Notes under the pieces: generated by a model
The model's database searches: none
What the model was told of the DNA's origin: nothing
Seen by the model: the letters and a program-made list of their open reading frames with translations, nothing else
Assembly (NCBI RefSeq): GCF_009193175.1
Contig: NZ_VUKE01000001.1
Span: 155,089 to 187,088 of the forward strand
Source of the DNA: Georgenia ruanii
Lineage (GTDB): Bacteria > Actinomycetota > Actinomycetes > Actinomycetales > Actinomycetaceae
Direction of reading: 5' to 3'
DNA length: 32,000 nt
Translations under genes and position numbers: made by a program
Shown: piece after piece, positions 24,744 to 32,000 of the stretch
How the letters are laid out: every line of letters begins with the position of its first letter
Position numbering within the stretch: position 1 is the stretch's first letter

Positions 24744-25744
24744 CGGGCGAGCTTCGGCAGGACGTCGCGGCCGAAGACCTCGAGCCACTCGGCCTGGTTG
24801 CGCCCGACGTTGTGCAGGTAGATCCGGTCGAAGCCGAGGTCGACGTACTTCTGGATCTCCGCCCGGTGGGCGTCGGGGTCGGCGGAGATGACCATGCGAC
24901 CGGCGAAGTCCTCCGCGCGCACCAGCTTGGCCATGGCCGCGAAGTCGTACGGGGAACGGATGTCGGCCTTGGGGAACTTCATCCCGCCGTTGGGCCACTG
25001 CTCCATCGCGTTCGCCAGCGCCTCCTCGTCGGTGGGCGCCCAGGACAGGTGCAGCTGGAGCACCTTGGGCATGGCGTCGGGGTCCTTGCCCGCCTCGCGC
25101 GCCCCGGCGGCGAACTTCTCGAACAGCCCGCCGATCTTCTCCAGCGGGGCGCCGACGGTGATCAGCCCGTCGGCGTGCTTGCCGGCCCGCTTGGCCGTCA
25201 CCGGGCCGCCGGTGGCCACGAGGATCGGCGGGGCCTCCTCGGGCATCGTCCACAGCCGGGTGGACTCGAGCTTGTAGAACGTCCCGGCGTGCTTGGTGTC
25301 CTTGCCCGCCAGGGAGTTGGTGAACAGCTTGCGGATGATCTCGATGGCCTCGAACATCCGGTTGATCCGCTCGGCGGCCTCGGGCCAGTACCCGCCGATG
25401 ATGTGCTCGTTGAGCGCCTCGCCCGAGCCCAGCCCCAGCCAGTGCCGGCCGGGGTACATCGCGGCCAGCGTCGCCGACGCCTGGGCGACCATCGCCGGGT
25501 GGTACCGGAACGTCGGGGCGGTCACGCCGGGGCCGAAGTCCCCGCGCGTGCGCTCGCCGACGGCGGTGAGCACGTTCCACACGAAGGACGCCTGGCCCTG
25601 GGTCGGCGTCCACGGCTGGAAGTGGTCCGCCGCCATGACGCCGGAGAACCCGTGCTCCTCCGCCCGCGCGGAATAGTCCACCGCCTCGGTGGGGTGGAAC
25701 TGCTCGAGCGCCGCCGCGTAACCGATGGTCAGGCCGTCTGCCAC
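24740..25744 (-). CDS. fgd: F420-dependent glucose-6-phosphate dehydrogenase (LLM family)
   Basis: 334 aa and collinear with mycobacterial FGD1 as I recall it. Matches include …AADHFQPW… (His/Trp of the active site), …[15 protein letters not shown]… and …LGSGEALNE… (Glu). The GTG start is preceded by GAGAGG. Confidence 0.85.
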   Translation of the reverse strand: MADGLTIGYAAALEQFHPTEAVDYSARAEEHGFSGVMAADHFQPWTPTQGQASFVWNVLTAVGERTRGDFGPGVTAPTFRYHPAMVAQASATLAAMYPGRHWLGLGSGEALNEHIIGGYWPEAAERINRMFEAIEIIRKLFTNSLAGKDTKHAGTFYKLESTRLWTMPEEAPPILVATGGPVTAKRAGKHADGLITVGAPLEKIGGLFEKFAAGAREAGKDPDAMPKVLQLHLSWAPTDEEALANAMEQWPNGGMKFPKADIRSPYDFAAMAKLVRAEDFAGRMVISADPDAHRAEIQKYVDLGFDRIYLHNVGRNQAEWLEVFGRDVLPKLAR

Positions 25745-25802
25745 GATGTGTCCGCCTCTCGTTCGGGGGTCCGGCCCCTCATCGTAGGCGTGATGGCACG
25801 AC

Positions 25803-25822
25803 GGCCCCGCGGCGGCGGGGCC
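25803..25822 (-). terminator. GC-rich hairpin abutting the cupin stop codon (candidate intrinsic terminator or RNA stabiliser)
   Basis: GGCCCCGC (25803-25810), loop GGCG and GCGGGGCC (25815-25822) form a perfect 8-bp stem immediately adjacent to the stop codon at 25823-25825. There is no U-tract. Confidence 0.35.
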
Positions 25823-26221
25823 TCACCCCTGCGGCGGCTCGTCCCGCCCGGCCTCCTCGGCGGCGTCGGCCTCGTTCTTGGTCGGGTACACCGCGCCGTC
25901 GGCGTGCTCGGGCGGGCTGTAGATCGTGTACAGCACGAGCGGGTTGGGGCCGACGTTGAGGAAGTTGTGCCGGGCACCCGCCGGCACGACGACGATGTCA
26001 CCGGGGGCGACGAACTTCTCGTCGCCGTCGATGACCGCCTTGCCCGCCCCCGCCACGAAGCTGAGGATCTGGTCGGTGCCCTCGTGCGTCTCCTCGCCGA
26101 TCTCATCCCCCGGCGGGACGGTCATGATCACGAGCTGGCTCTGCTCCCCGGTCCACAGCACGCGCCGGAACTCCGCGCCGTGCTCCGGCTCGCCCTCGCG
26201 CGACCACAGTCGGACGGTCAT
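25823..26221 (-). CDS. Cupin-domain protein
   Basis: 132 aa. The cupin motifs are …PPGDEIGEETHEGTDQILSFVAGAG… and …GDIVVVPAGARHNFLN… . Confidence 0.8.
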   Translation of the reverse strand: MTVRLWSREGEPEHGAEFRRVLWTGEQSQLVIMTVPPGDEIGEETHEGTDQILSFVAGAGKAVIDGDEKFVAPGDIVVVPAGARHNFLNVGPNPLVLYTIYSPPEHADGAVYPTKNEADAAEEAGRDEPPQG

Positions 26222-26335
26222 CGACTCCCCCTTCCCTCCGGCGCGCTCGTGCGCCGGTGCGTGCGCCCCAGGTTGCCCCAGACCGGCCGGGGCCGCAGGC
26301 GGAACGGCCCCCGGCGCGAAGGTCCGGCGGGCAGG

Positions 26336-27682
26336 TCAGGCGGGCAGGTAGGCGTCGACGAGCCGGCGCGCCACGGCCACCGAGTCGACCAGCGGGTGGC
26401 GGGCGAACGCCAGCCAGGCCGCCTCTCGCGAGCCGGTGCGGGCGGCGTCGATGATGAGCCGCTCGCAGGCCTTGACCGCCGCCACCCGGGCGAGCATCGC
26501 CGGCGCCAGCTCGGTGCGCAGCTCCAGCGGGTGCACGCCGGCGCCGTCGACCCGCACCGGCACCTCGACGACGGCGTCGGCGGGCAGGCCCGGCAGCAGC
26601 GGGGCGCCGTCGGGCCCGGTGTTGGCGACGTCGAGGATCATCCGGTGCTCCTCGGCGCCGAGCAGCGCGGCCATGAGGTCCACGGCGACCTCGTGGTAGC
26701 CGCCGCCGAGGTCCTCGGCGTGCCGCTCCCCCGCGGCCGTGCTCTCGCGCTCGGTGGCCATGTAGGTGGCCTCCCGCTCGGCCAGCGCCCCGCGCCACAG
26801 CGCCAGCGCCAGCGCGGGCTCGGCGGCGGCCGCGGCGTAGAAGGCGCTCTGCTGCCCGGCGAGGAACTCCCCGCGGGTGCGCGGCTCGGCCGCGAGCGCC
26901 GCGACGGCCTCGCGGGTGTAGTCGTAGTAGTACAGGTACTCGTTGGGCAGGGCGCGCTGGGCCCGCACCCACTCGGCGCCCATGAGCCGGACCTCCTCCA
27001 GCCCGCGCAGCGCGGCGTCGTCGGCCAGCAGGCCCGGCAGCAGGTCCCGGCCGCGGGCGCGCACCGCCCGCAGCCAGCCCAGGTGGTTGAGCCCGGCGTA
27101 GTCGACCTCCGCCTCGCCGCGGTCGAAGGCCATCGGGTCCAGGCCGACGGCGCGCAGGGTGCGGCGCACGAGCGCGATGGGCGTGTCGCAGATGCCGACG
27201 ACCCGGTCGCCCAGGTGTGCGCGCATGGCCTCGGTGACGATCGAGGCGGGGTTGGTGAAGTTGATGGTCCAGGCCTGCGGCGCGAGCGCGGCGATGCGCG
27301 CGGCCAGGGCGTCGGCCACGGGCACGGTGCGCAGCGCGTACGCCAGCCCGCCCGGGCCGACCGTCTCCTGGCCGAGGACGCCGAGTCCCAGCGCGGCGCG
27401 CTCGTCGCGCGTGCGCCCGCCGGTCCCGCCGACCCGGATGGCGGAGAAGACGACGTCGGCCCCGCGCACCGCCTCGTCGACGTCGGTGGTCGCCCGCACG
27501 GCCGGCCCCGCCCCCGCCTCGGCGGCGAGCTGGGCGAGGACGTCGGTGACGACGCCGAGCCGGGCGGCGTCGTCGTCGAGGAGGACCACGCGGTCGACGC
27601 CGACTCGCCCGGAGGCGGCCATCACGGCCTGGTAGACGAGCGGGACCCGGAAGCCCCCGCCGCCGAGGATCGTCAGCTGCAC
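26336..27682 (-). CDS. Glycoside hydrolase family 4 enzyme (6-phospho-beta-glucosidase-like, NAD/Mn-dependent)
   Basis: This is the C-terminal 448 aa of track ORF 26336..28573, from GTG 27682 (VQLTILGGGGFRVPLVY, the N-terminal dinucleotide-binding GGG motif). It also has …TINFTNPASIVTEA…, …VGICDTP… and …NHLGW… . The upstream part of the track ORF is antisense to the kinase gene and is rejected. Confidence 0.85.
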   Translation of the reverse strand: MQLTILGGGGFRVPLVYQAVMAASGRVGVDRVVLLDDDAARLGVVTDVLAQLAAEAGAGPAVRATTDVDEAVRGADVVFSAIRVGGTGGRTRDERAALGLGVLGQETVGPGGLAYALRTVPVADALAARIAALAPQAWTINFTNPASIVTEAMRAHLGDRVVGICDTPIALVRRTLRAVGLDPMAFDRGEAEVDYAGLNHLGWLRAVRARGRDLLPGLLADDAALRGLEEVRLMGAEWVRAQRALPNEYLYYYDYTREAVAALAAEPRTRGEFLAGQQSAFYAAAAAEPALALALWRGALAEREATYMATERESTAAGERHAEDLGGGYHEVAVDLMAALLGAEEHRMILDVANTGPDGAPLLPGLPADAVVEVPVRVDGAGVHPLELRTELAPAMLARVAAVKACERLIIDAARTGSREAAWLAFARHPLVDSVAVARRLVDAYLPA

Positions 27683-27715
27683 GGGGCCACGGTATCGGGA
27701 TGGGAGGATCCCCAT

Positions 27716-28819
27716 ATGACCACCGCCCCCGCCGAGCCCTTGGACGTCCTCGTCGCCGGACCCGTCTTCTTCGACGTCGTGTTCACCGGGCTGCCCACCG
27801 CCCCGCGCCCGGGCACCGAGGTGTGGGCGCAGGGCATGGGTACCGCGCCCGGGGGCATCGCGAACCTCGCCGTGCCCGCCGCCCGGCTGGGCCTGCGCAC
27901 CGGGATGGCCGCCGGGTTCGGCGACGACGCCTACGCCGACTGGCTGTGGACGGTGCTCGCCGAGCAGGAGGGCGTGGACCTGTCCGCCTCCCGCCGGTAC
28001 CGGCACTGGCACACCTCGGTGACGGTGTCCATGGCCTCGGGCCGGGACCGGGCGATGGTCACGCACGGGCACCCCGACCCCGAGCCGACCGGGCTGCTGC
28101 TCGCCGAGGCGCCCGCCGCCCGCGCCGTCGTCACCGAGCTCGTCCCGGCCGGCGAGGCGGGCGGGTGGTGGCGGCCCATGGCCCAGGCGGGCACCCTCGT
28201 GTTCGCCGACGCCGCCTGGGACCCCTCCGGGGCGTGGGACGCCGACCTGCACGAGCGGCTCGACGGCTGCTACGCCTTCACGCCCAACGCGGCGGAGGCG
28301 CTGGCGTACACCCGCATGGCGGACCCGGCCGAGGCGGCGCAGGAGCTGGCGGAGCACGTGCCGCTCGTCGTGGTCACGCTCGGCGGGGACGGGGCGCTGG
28401 CCGTCGAGGGCGGGCGGGAGGTGCGGGTGGAGCCGCTGGACGTCGACGCCATCGACGCCACCGGCGCCGGCGACGTCTTCGCCGCGGCCCTGGTCACCGG
28501 CACCCTGCACGGCTGGCCGCTCGAGCAGCGGCTGCGCTTCGCCACCTTGTGCTCGGGGCTGGCGGTCCAGCACTTCGGCGGGTCGCTGGCGGCGCCGGGC
28601 TGGGGCGACATCGCCGACTGGTGGGACGCCACGGTGGCGGCCGCCCGCACCGGCGAGCCCGCCGCGCGGGCGACGGCGGACCGCTACGAGTTCCTCACCG
28701 ACGTCCTGCCCGGCCGGGCGCTGGCCCGCGTCCGCCGCGCGGAGGCAACCATCGCCCGCCTGTCCGACGCCCAGCAGGGGACGACGGCGCCCGCCGCGCC
28801 GACCCTGCGCACGCGCTGA
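27716..28819 (+). CDS. PfkB-family carbohydrate kinase (ribokinase-like) with a C-terminal extension
   Basis: This is the last 367 aa of track ORF 24812..28819, from ATG 27716 (MTTAPAEPLDVLVAGPVFFDVVF…). It has the PfkB signature DATGAGDVFAAAL and …TLGGDGALAV… . Confidence 0.85.
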   Translation: MTTAPAEPLDVLVAGPVFFDVVFTGLPTAPRPGTEVWAQGMGTAPGGIANLAVPAARLGLRTGMAAGFGDDAYADWLWTVLAEQEGVDLSASRRYRHWHTSVTVSMASGRDRAMVTHGHPDPEPTGLLLAEAPAARAVVTELVPAGEAGGWWRPMAQAGTLVFADAAWDPSGAWDADLHERLDGCYAFTPNAAEALAYTRMADPAEAAQELAEHVPLVVVTLGGDGALAVEGGREVRVEPLDVDAIDATGAGDVFAAALVTGTLHGWPLEQRLRFATLCSGLAVQHFGGSLAAPGWGDIADWWDATVAAARTGEPAARATADRYEFLTDVLPGRALARVRRAEATIARLSDAQQGTTAPAAPTLRTR

Positions 28820-28823
28820 GGCC

Positions 28824-28884
28824 CGCGCCGCCGCCCCCGCACACGCGCCGACTCTTCGCGCCGCCGCCCCCGCGCACGCGCCGA
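28824..28884. repeat. Direct tandem-like duplication: two 28-nt copies with 33-nt period and 1 mismatch
   Basis: CGCGCCGCCGCCCCCGCACACGCGCCGA (28824-28851) is repeated as CGCGCCGCCGCCCCCGCGCACGCGCCGA (28857-28884), in the intergenic region between the kinase stop and the hydrolase start. Confidence 0.6.
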
Positions 28885-28899
28885 GCCGGTCGCGCGAGA

Positions 28900-30201
28900 A
28901 TGCCCGCCATGGACACCACCAGCTACCGCCTCGACGGCCACGACGTCTTCGAGCACCGCCTCACCGTCCCGCTCGACCACGCCGACCCGGCCGGGGAGAC
29001 CCTCACGGTCTTCGCCCGGGAGATCGTGCGCGACGGCGGCGGGGACCGGCCCCACCTCGTGTGGTTCCAGGGCGGGCCCGGCGGGCGCGCCGACCGGCCG
29101 GCCCGGATCGGCGGCTGGCTGGACCGGGCCCTGCGCGACTACCGGGTGGTCCTGCTCGACCAGCGCGGCACCGGCGCCTCCACCCCGGCCGACGCCGTCA
29201 CGCTCACCGCGCGCGGGGACGCCGCCGCGCAGGCGGCCTACCTCGCGCACTTCCGCGCCGACGCCATCGTGGCCGACGCCGAGGCCCTGCGCCGCGAGCT
29301 CACCGGGGGCCGGCCCTGGGCGGCGCTGGGGCAGTCCTTCGGCGGGTTCGTCATCACGGCCTACCTCAGCGCCGCGCCGGAGGGGCTCAGCGCCGCCTAC
29401 ATCACCGGCGGGCTGCCCGCGCTGACGGCCAGCGCGGAGGACGTCTACCGGCTCACCTACGCCAAGACCGCCCGCCGCAACGTGCAGTACTTCGCCCGCT
29501 ACCCCGCCGACCAGACCCGGCTGCGCGAGCTCGCCCGGCACCTGGCCGGCACCGACGAGCGGCTGCCCACCGGGGAGCGGCTCACCGCGCGGCGGCTGCG
29601 CCAGGTGGGCACACGGCTGGGGGCGGATCTCGGCTTCGACGCGCTGCACTACCTCTTCGAGGACCCGTTCGTCACCGTCGGCGGCACCCGCCGGCTCAGC
29701 CGGGGGTTCCTCGCCGACGTCGGCGCCCTGGTGAGCTACGCCGGCCGGGAGCTGTACGCGGTGCTCCACGAGGCGATCTACGCCCAGGATGCCGCCACCC
29801 ACTGGGCCGCCCAGCGGGTGCGCGGGGAGTTCCCCACCATGGCCGAGGACGCCGACCCGGCCTGGCCGGGCACCCCGTACCACCTCACCGGCGAGCACAT
29901 CTACCCCTGGCAGCTGCGCGAGGACCCCGCCCTCGCCCCGCTCGCCGACGCCGCGGACCTGCTCGCCGCCAAGGACGACTTCCCGCGGCTCTACGACCGC
30001 GAGGTGCTCGCCCGGAACACGGTGCCGGTGGCGGCGGCGATCTACGTCGACGACATGTTCGTCCCGGTCGAGCTGTCCCTGGAGACCGCCCGGACCATCC
30101 GGTCGCTGCGGCCGTGGGTGACCAACGAGTACCAGCACGACGGCATCCGGGTCGACGGCGAGCGCATCCTCGACCGGCTCTTCCGCCTGGCGCGGGGCTG
30201 A
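28900..30201 (+). CDS. Alpha/beta-hydrolase, prolyl aminopeptidase-like (S33 family)
   Basis: It lies in the frame of track ORF 27700..30201. ATG is at 28900 (MPAMDTTSY), or alternatively 28909. The oxyanion region is …LVWFQGGPGG…, followed by …LLDQRGTGAST… and the nucleophile elbow GQSFGG. Confidence 0.8.
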   Translation: MPAMDTTSYRLDGHDVFEHRLTVPLDHADPAGETLTVFAREIVRDGGGDRPHLVWFQGGPGGRADRPARIGGWLDRALRDYRVVLLDQRGTGASTPADAVTLTARGDAAAQAAYLAHFRADAIVADAEALRRELTGGRPWAALGQSFGGFVITAYLSAAPEGLSAAYITGGLPALTASAEDVYRLTYAKTARRNVQYFARYPADQTRLRELARHLAGTDERLPTGERLTARRLRQVGTRLGADLGFDALHYLFEDPFVTVGGTRRLSRGFLADVGALVSYAGRELYAVLHEAIYAQDAATHWAAQRVRGEFPTMAEDADPAWPGTPYHLTGEHIYPWQLREDPALAPLADAADLLAAKDDFPRLYDREVLARNTVPVAAAIYVDDMFVPVELSLETARTIRSLRPWVTNEYQHDGIRVDGERILDRLFRLARG

Positions 30202-30284
30202 GCCGCGCGGGCTTCCGCCCAGGGCCCGGCACCGTGACGGGCGTGACGGCGCGCACCGCCGCCGTCATGAAAGAATCGGCCACC

Positions 30285-32000
30285 ATGAGCGAAGCACCCC
30301 TGACCGCCGCCGTGCCCGAAGCCGAGTCCCTCCCGGCCCCGCAGGTACCGGACAAGGTCAGCCTCGACGGCCTCGAGGAGCGGTGGAACGCCGCCTGGAC
30401 GCAAGAAGGCACCTACGCCTTCGACCGCACCGCCACCCGCGAGCAGGTGTACTCGGTCGACACCCCGCCGCCCACCGTCTCCGGCTCGCTGCACGTCGGG
30501 CACGTGTTCAGCTACACCCACACCGACATCGTCGCCCGCTACCAGCGCATGCGCGGCAAGTCCGTCTTCTACCCGATGGGCTGGGACGACAACGGCCTGC
30601 CCACCGAGCGGCGCGTGCAGAACTACTTCGGCGTGCGCTGCGACCCGTCGCTGCCCTACGACCCCGACTTCACCCCGCCGCACGTGGGCGGCGAGGGCAA
30701 GTCGATCAAGGCCGCGGACCAGGTGCCGATCAGCCGCAAGAACTTCGTCGAGCTGTGCGAGCGCCTCACCGCCGAGGACGAGCAGCAGTTCGAGGCCCTG
30801 TGGCGCCACCTGGGCCTGAGCGTGGACTGGAAGCACCACTACCAGACCATCGGCCGCGACGCCCAGCTGGTGGCGCAGGCGGCGTTCCTGCGCAACCTCG
30901 CCCGCGGCGAGGCCTACCAGGCGCAGGCGCCGGGGCTGTGGGACGTCACCTTCCAGACCGCCGTCGCCCAGGCCGAGCTCGAGGCCCGCGACTACCCGGG
31001 CTTCTACCACAAGGTCGCCTTCCACAAGAGCGGTGCCCCCGGCGATGTCGTGCATATCGAGACGACCCGGCCCGAGCTGCTCCCGGCGTGCGTGGCGCTC
31101 ATCGCCCACCCCGACGACGAGCGCTACCAGCCGCTGTTCGGCACCACGGTGACCTCCCCGGTCTTCGGCGTCGAGCTCCCGGTCCTGGCCCACCCGGCCG
31201 CCGAGATGGAGAAGGGCGCCGGCATCGCCATGTGCTGCACCTTCGGCGACCTCACGGACGTGCAGTGGTGGCGCGAGCTGCACCTGCCCACCCGCTCGGT
31301 GCTCGGCCGCGACGGGCGCATCCTGCGCGACACCCCGGACTGGCTCGCCACCGACCAGGCCCGCGAGACCTACGCCGAGATGGCCGGCAAGACGACCTTC
31401 TCCGCCCGCAAGGTCGTCGTCGACGCGCTGCGCGCCGGCGGCGACCTCGACGGCGAGCCCACCCCCACCCAGCGCAAGACGAACTTCTTCGAGAAGGGCG
31501 ACAAGCCGCTGGAGATCGTCACCTCCCGGCAGTGGTACATCCGCAACGGCGGGCGGCCCCACACCGAGGCCAACGGCCGGGAGCTGCGCGAGAACCTCAT
31601 CGCCCGCGGCCAGGAGCTCGACTTCCACCCCGACTTCATGCGGGTGCGCTACGAGAACTGGGTCAACGGCCTCAACAGCGACTGGCTGGTCTCCCGCCAG
31701 CGCTTCTTCGGGGTGCCCATCCCGGTGTGGTACGCCGTCCGCGAGGACGGCGAGGTCGACCACGACCGGGTCCTCACCCCCGACGAGGCCGCCCTGCCGG
31801 TGGACCCGAGCACCGACGTGCCCGGGGGCTACACCGAGGACCAGCGCGGCGTGGCCGGCGGGTTCGTCGGCGAGGTGGACATCATGGACACCTGGGCGAC
31901 GTCGTCGCTCACCCCGCAGATCGCCGGCGGCTGGCTGCGCGACCCGGACCTGTTCGAGCGGGTCTACCCCATGGACCTGCGCCCGCAGGGTCAGGACATC
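30285..32000 (+). CDS. valS: Valine--tRNA ligase, N-terminal 572 codons (continues beyond the window)
   Basis: This is my own translation, with the frame open from ATG 30285 to base 32000. …PPPTVSGSLHVGHVFSYTHTDIVARYQRMRGKSVFYPMGWDDNGLPTERRVQ… carries the class I HIGH-type motif (HVGH). The context matches actinobacterial ValS as I recall it. Confidence 0.85.
   Translation, partial: MSEAPLTAAVPEAESLPAPQVPDKVSLDGLEERWNAAWTQEGTYAFDRTATREQVYSVDTPPPTVSGSLHVGHVFSYTHTDIVARYQRMRGKSVFYPMGWDDNGLPTERRVQNYFGVRCDPSLPYDPDFTPPHVGGEGKSIKAADQVPISRKNFVELCERLTAEDEQQFEALWRHLGLSVDWKHHYQTIGRDAQLVAQAAFLRNLARGEAYQAQAPGLWDVTFQTAVAQAELEARDYPGFYHKVAFHKSGAPGDVVHIETTRPELLPACVALIAHPDDERYQPLFGTTVTSPVFGVELPVLAHPAAEMEKGAGIAMCCTFGDLTDVQWWRELHLPTRSVLGRDGRILRDTPDWLATDQARETYAEMAGKTTFSARKVVVDALRAGGDLDGEPTPTQRKTNFFEKGDKPLEIVTSRQWYIRNGGRPHTEANGRELRENLIARGQELDFHPDFMRVRYENWVNGLNSDWLVSRQRFFGVPIPVWYAVREDGEVDHDRVLTPDEAALPVDPSTDVPGGYTEDQRGVAGGFVGEVDIMDTWATSSLTPQIAGGWLRDPDLFERVYPMDLRPQGQDI

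Noticed and set aside
24812-27715. Upstream 968 codons of the 1335-aa plus-strand ORF that ends in the PfkB kinase
   Set aside because: This stretch is antisense to fgd, the cupin and the GH4 gene, and is low-complexity (G/R/V/D/P). The kinase homology begins only at ATG 27716, which has its own RBS.
30202-30284. Possible tRNA, sRNA or T-box leader between the hydrolase and valS
   Set aside because: At 83 nt it is too short for a T-box. I could fold no cloverleaf. I saw only a slightly AT-richer patch (TCATGAAAGAATCGG) that may be a -10 region.
30042-31763. 573-aa minus-strand ORF antisense to valS
   Set aside because: The plus strand encodes a clear class I aminoacyl-tRNA synthetase. The antisense ORF is a GC3 artefact.

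Overview
Very GC-rich DNA (third codon positions almost all G/C), actinobacterial in style, densely coding. I saw no rRNA, tRNA, CRISPR array, mobile element or transcription-factor gene.

Layout:
(1) 1-7078, minus strand: a reductive-pyrimidine/hydantoin-type catabolic operon. It has a NitT/TauT-like ABC importer (binding protein, two permeases, ATPase), a luciferase-like (LLM, probably F420-dependent) oxidoreductase, a dihydropyrimidinase and a nitrilase-family beta-ureidopropionase. Stop/start codons overlap, and no classical dihydropyrimidine dehydrogenase is present.
(2) 7196-8371, minus strand: a HoxN/HupN/NixA-family nickel/cobalt permease, divergent from the hydrogenase operon.
(3) 8535-20379, plus strand: one long, mostly translationally coupled operon for a group 1h/5 (Hhy, high-affinity type) [NiFe]-hydrogenase. 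Gene order is hypA, hypB, a 498-aa unknown, maturation protease, small subunit, large subunit, NifU-like protein, Cys-motif unknown, two micro-ORFs, hypC and a 261-aa unknown. It then runs without a break into a FecB/FecCD/FecE-type ABC importer.
(4) 20474-23495: a second, paralogous Fec-type importer.
(5) 23531-23886: a small conserved-looking gene interrupted by a frameshift.
(6) 23889-25744, minus strand: fgd-cofE (F420-dependent glucose-6-phosphate dehydrogenase plus a stand-alone F420:glutamate ligase).
(7) A cupin, a GH4 6-phospho-glycosidase, a divergent PfkB sugar kinase, an alpha/beta-hydrolase (prolyl-aminopeptidase-like) and the 5' part of valS.

The most interesting material is the set of uncharacterised genes embedded in the hydrogenase operon and the metal-chelate-type ABC transporter fused to its 3' end. 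Also notable are the LLM oxidoreductase sitting where a dihydropyrimidine dehydrogenase would be expected, and the absence of hypD/E/F. All functional calls come from reading the translations and recognising motifs. No database search was possible.
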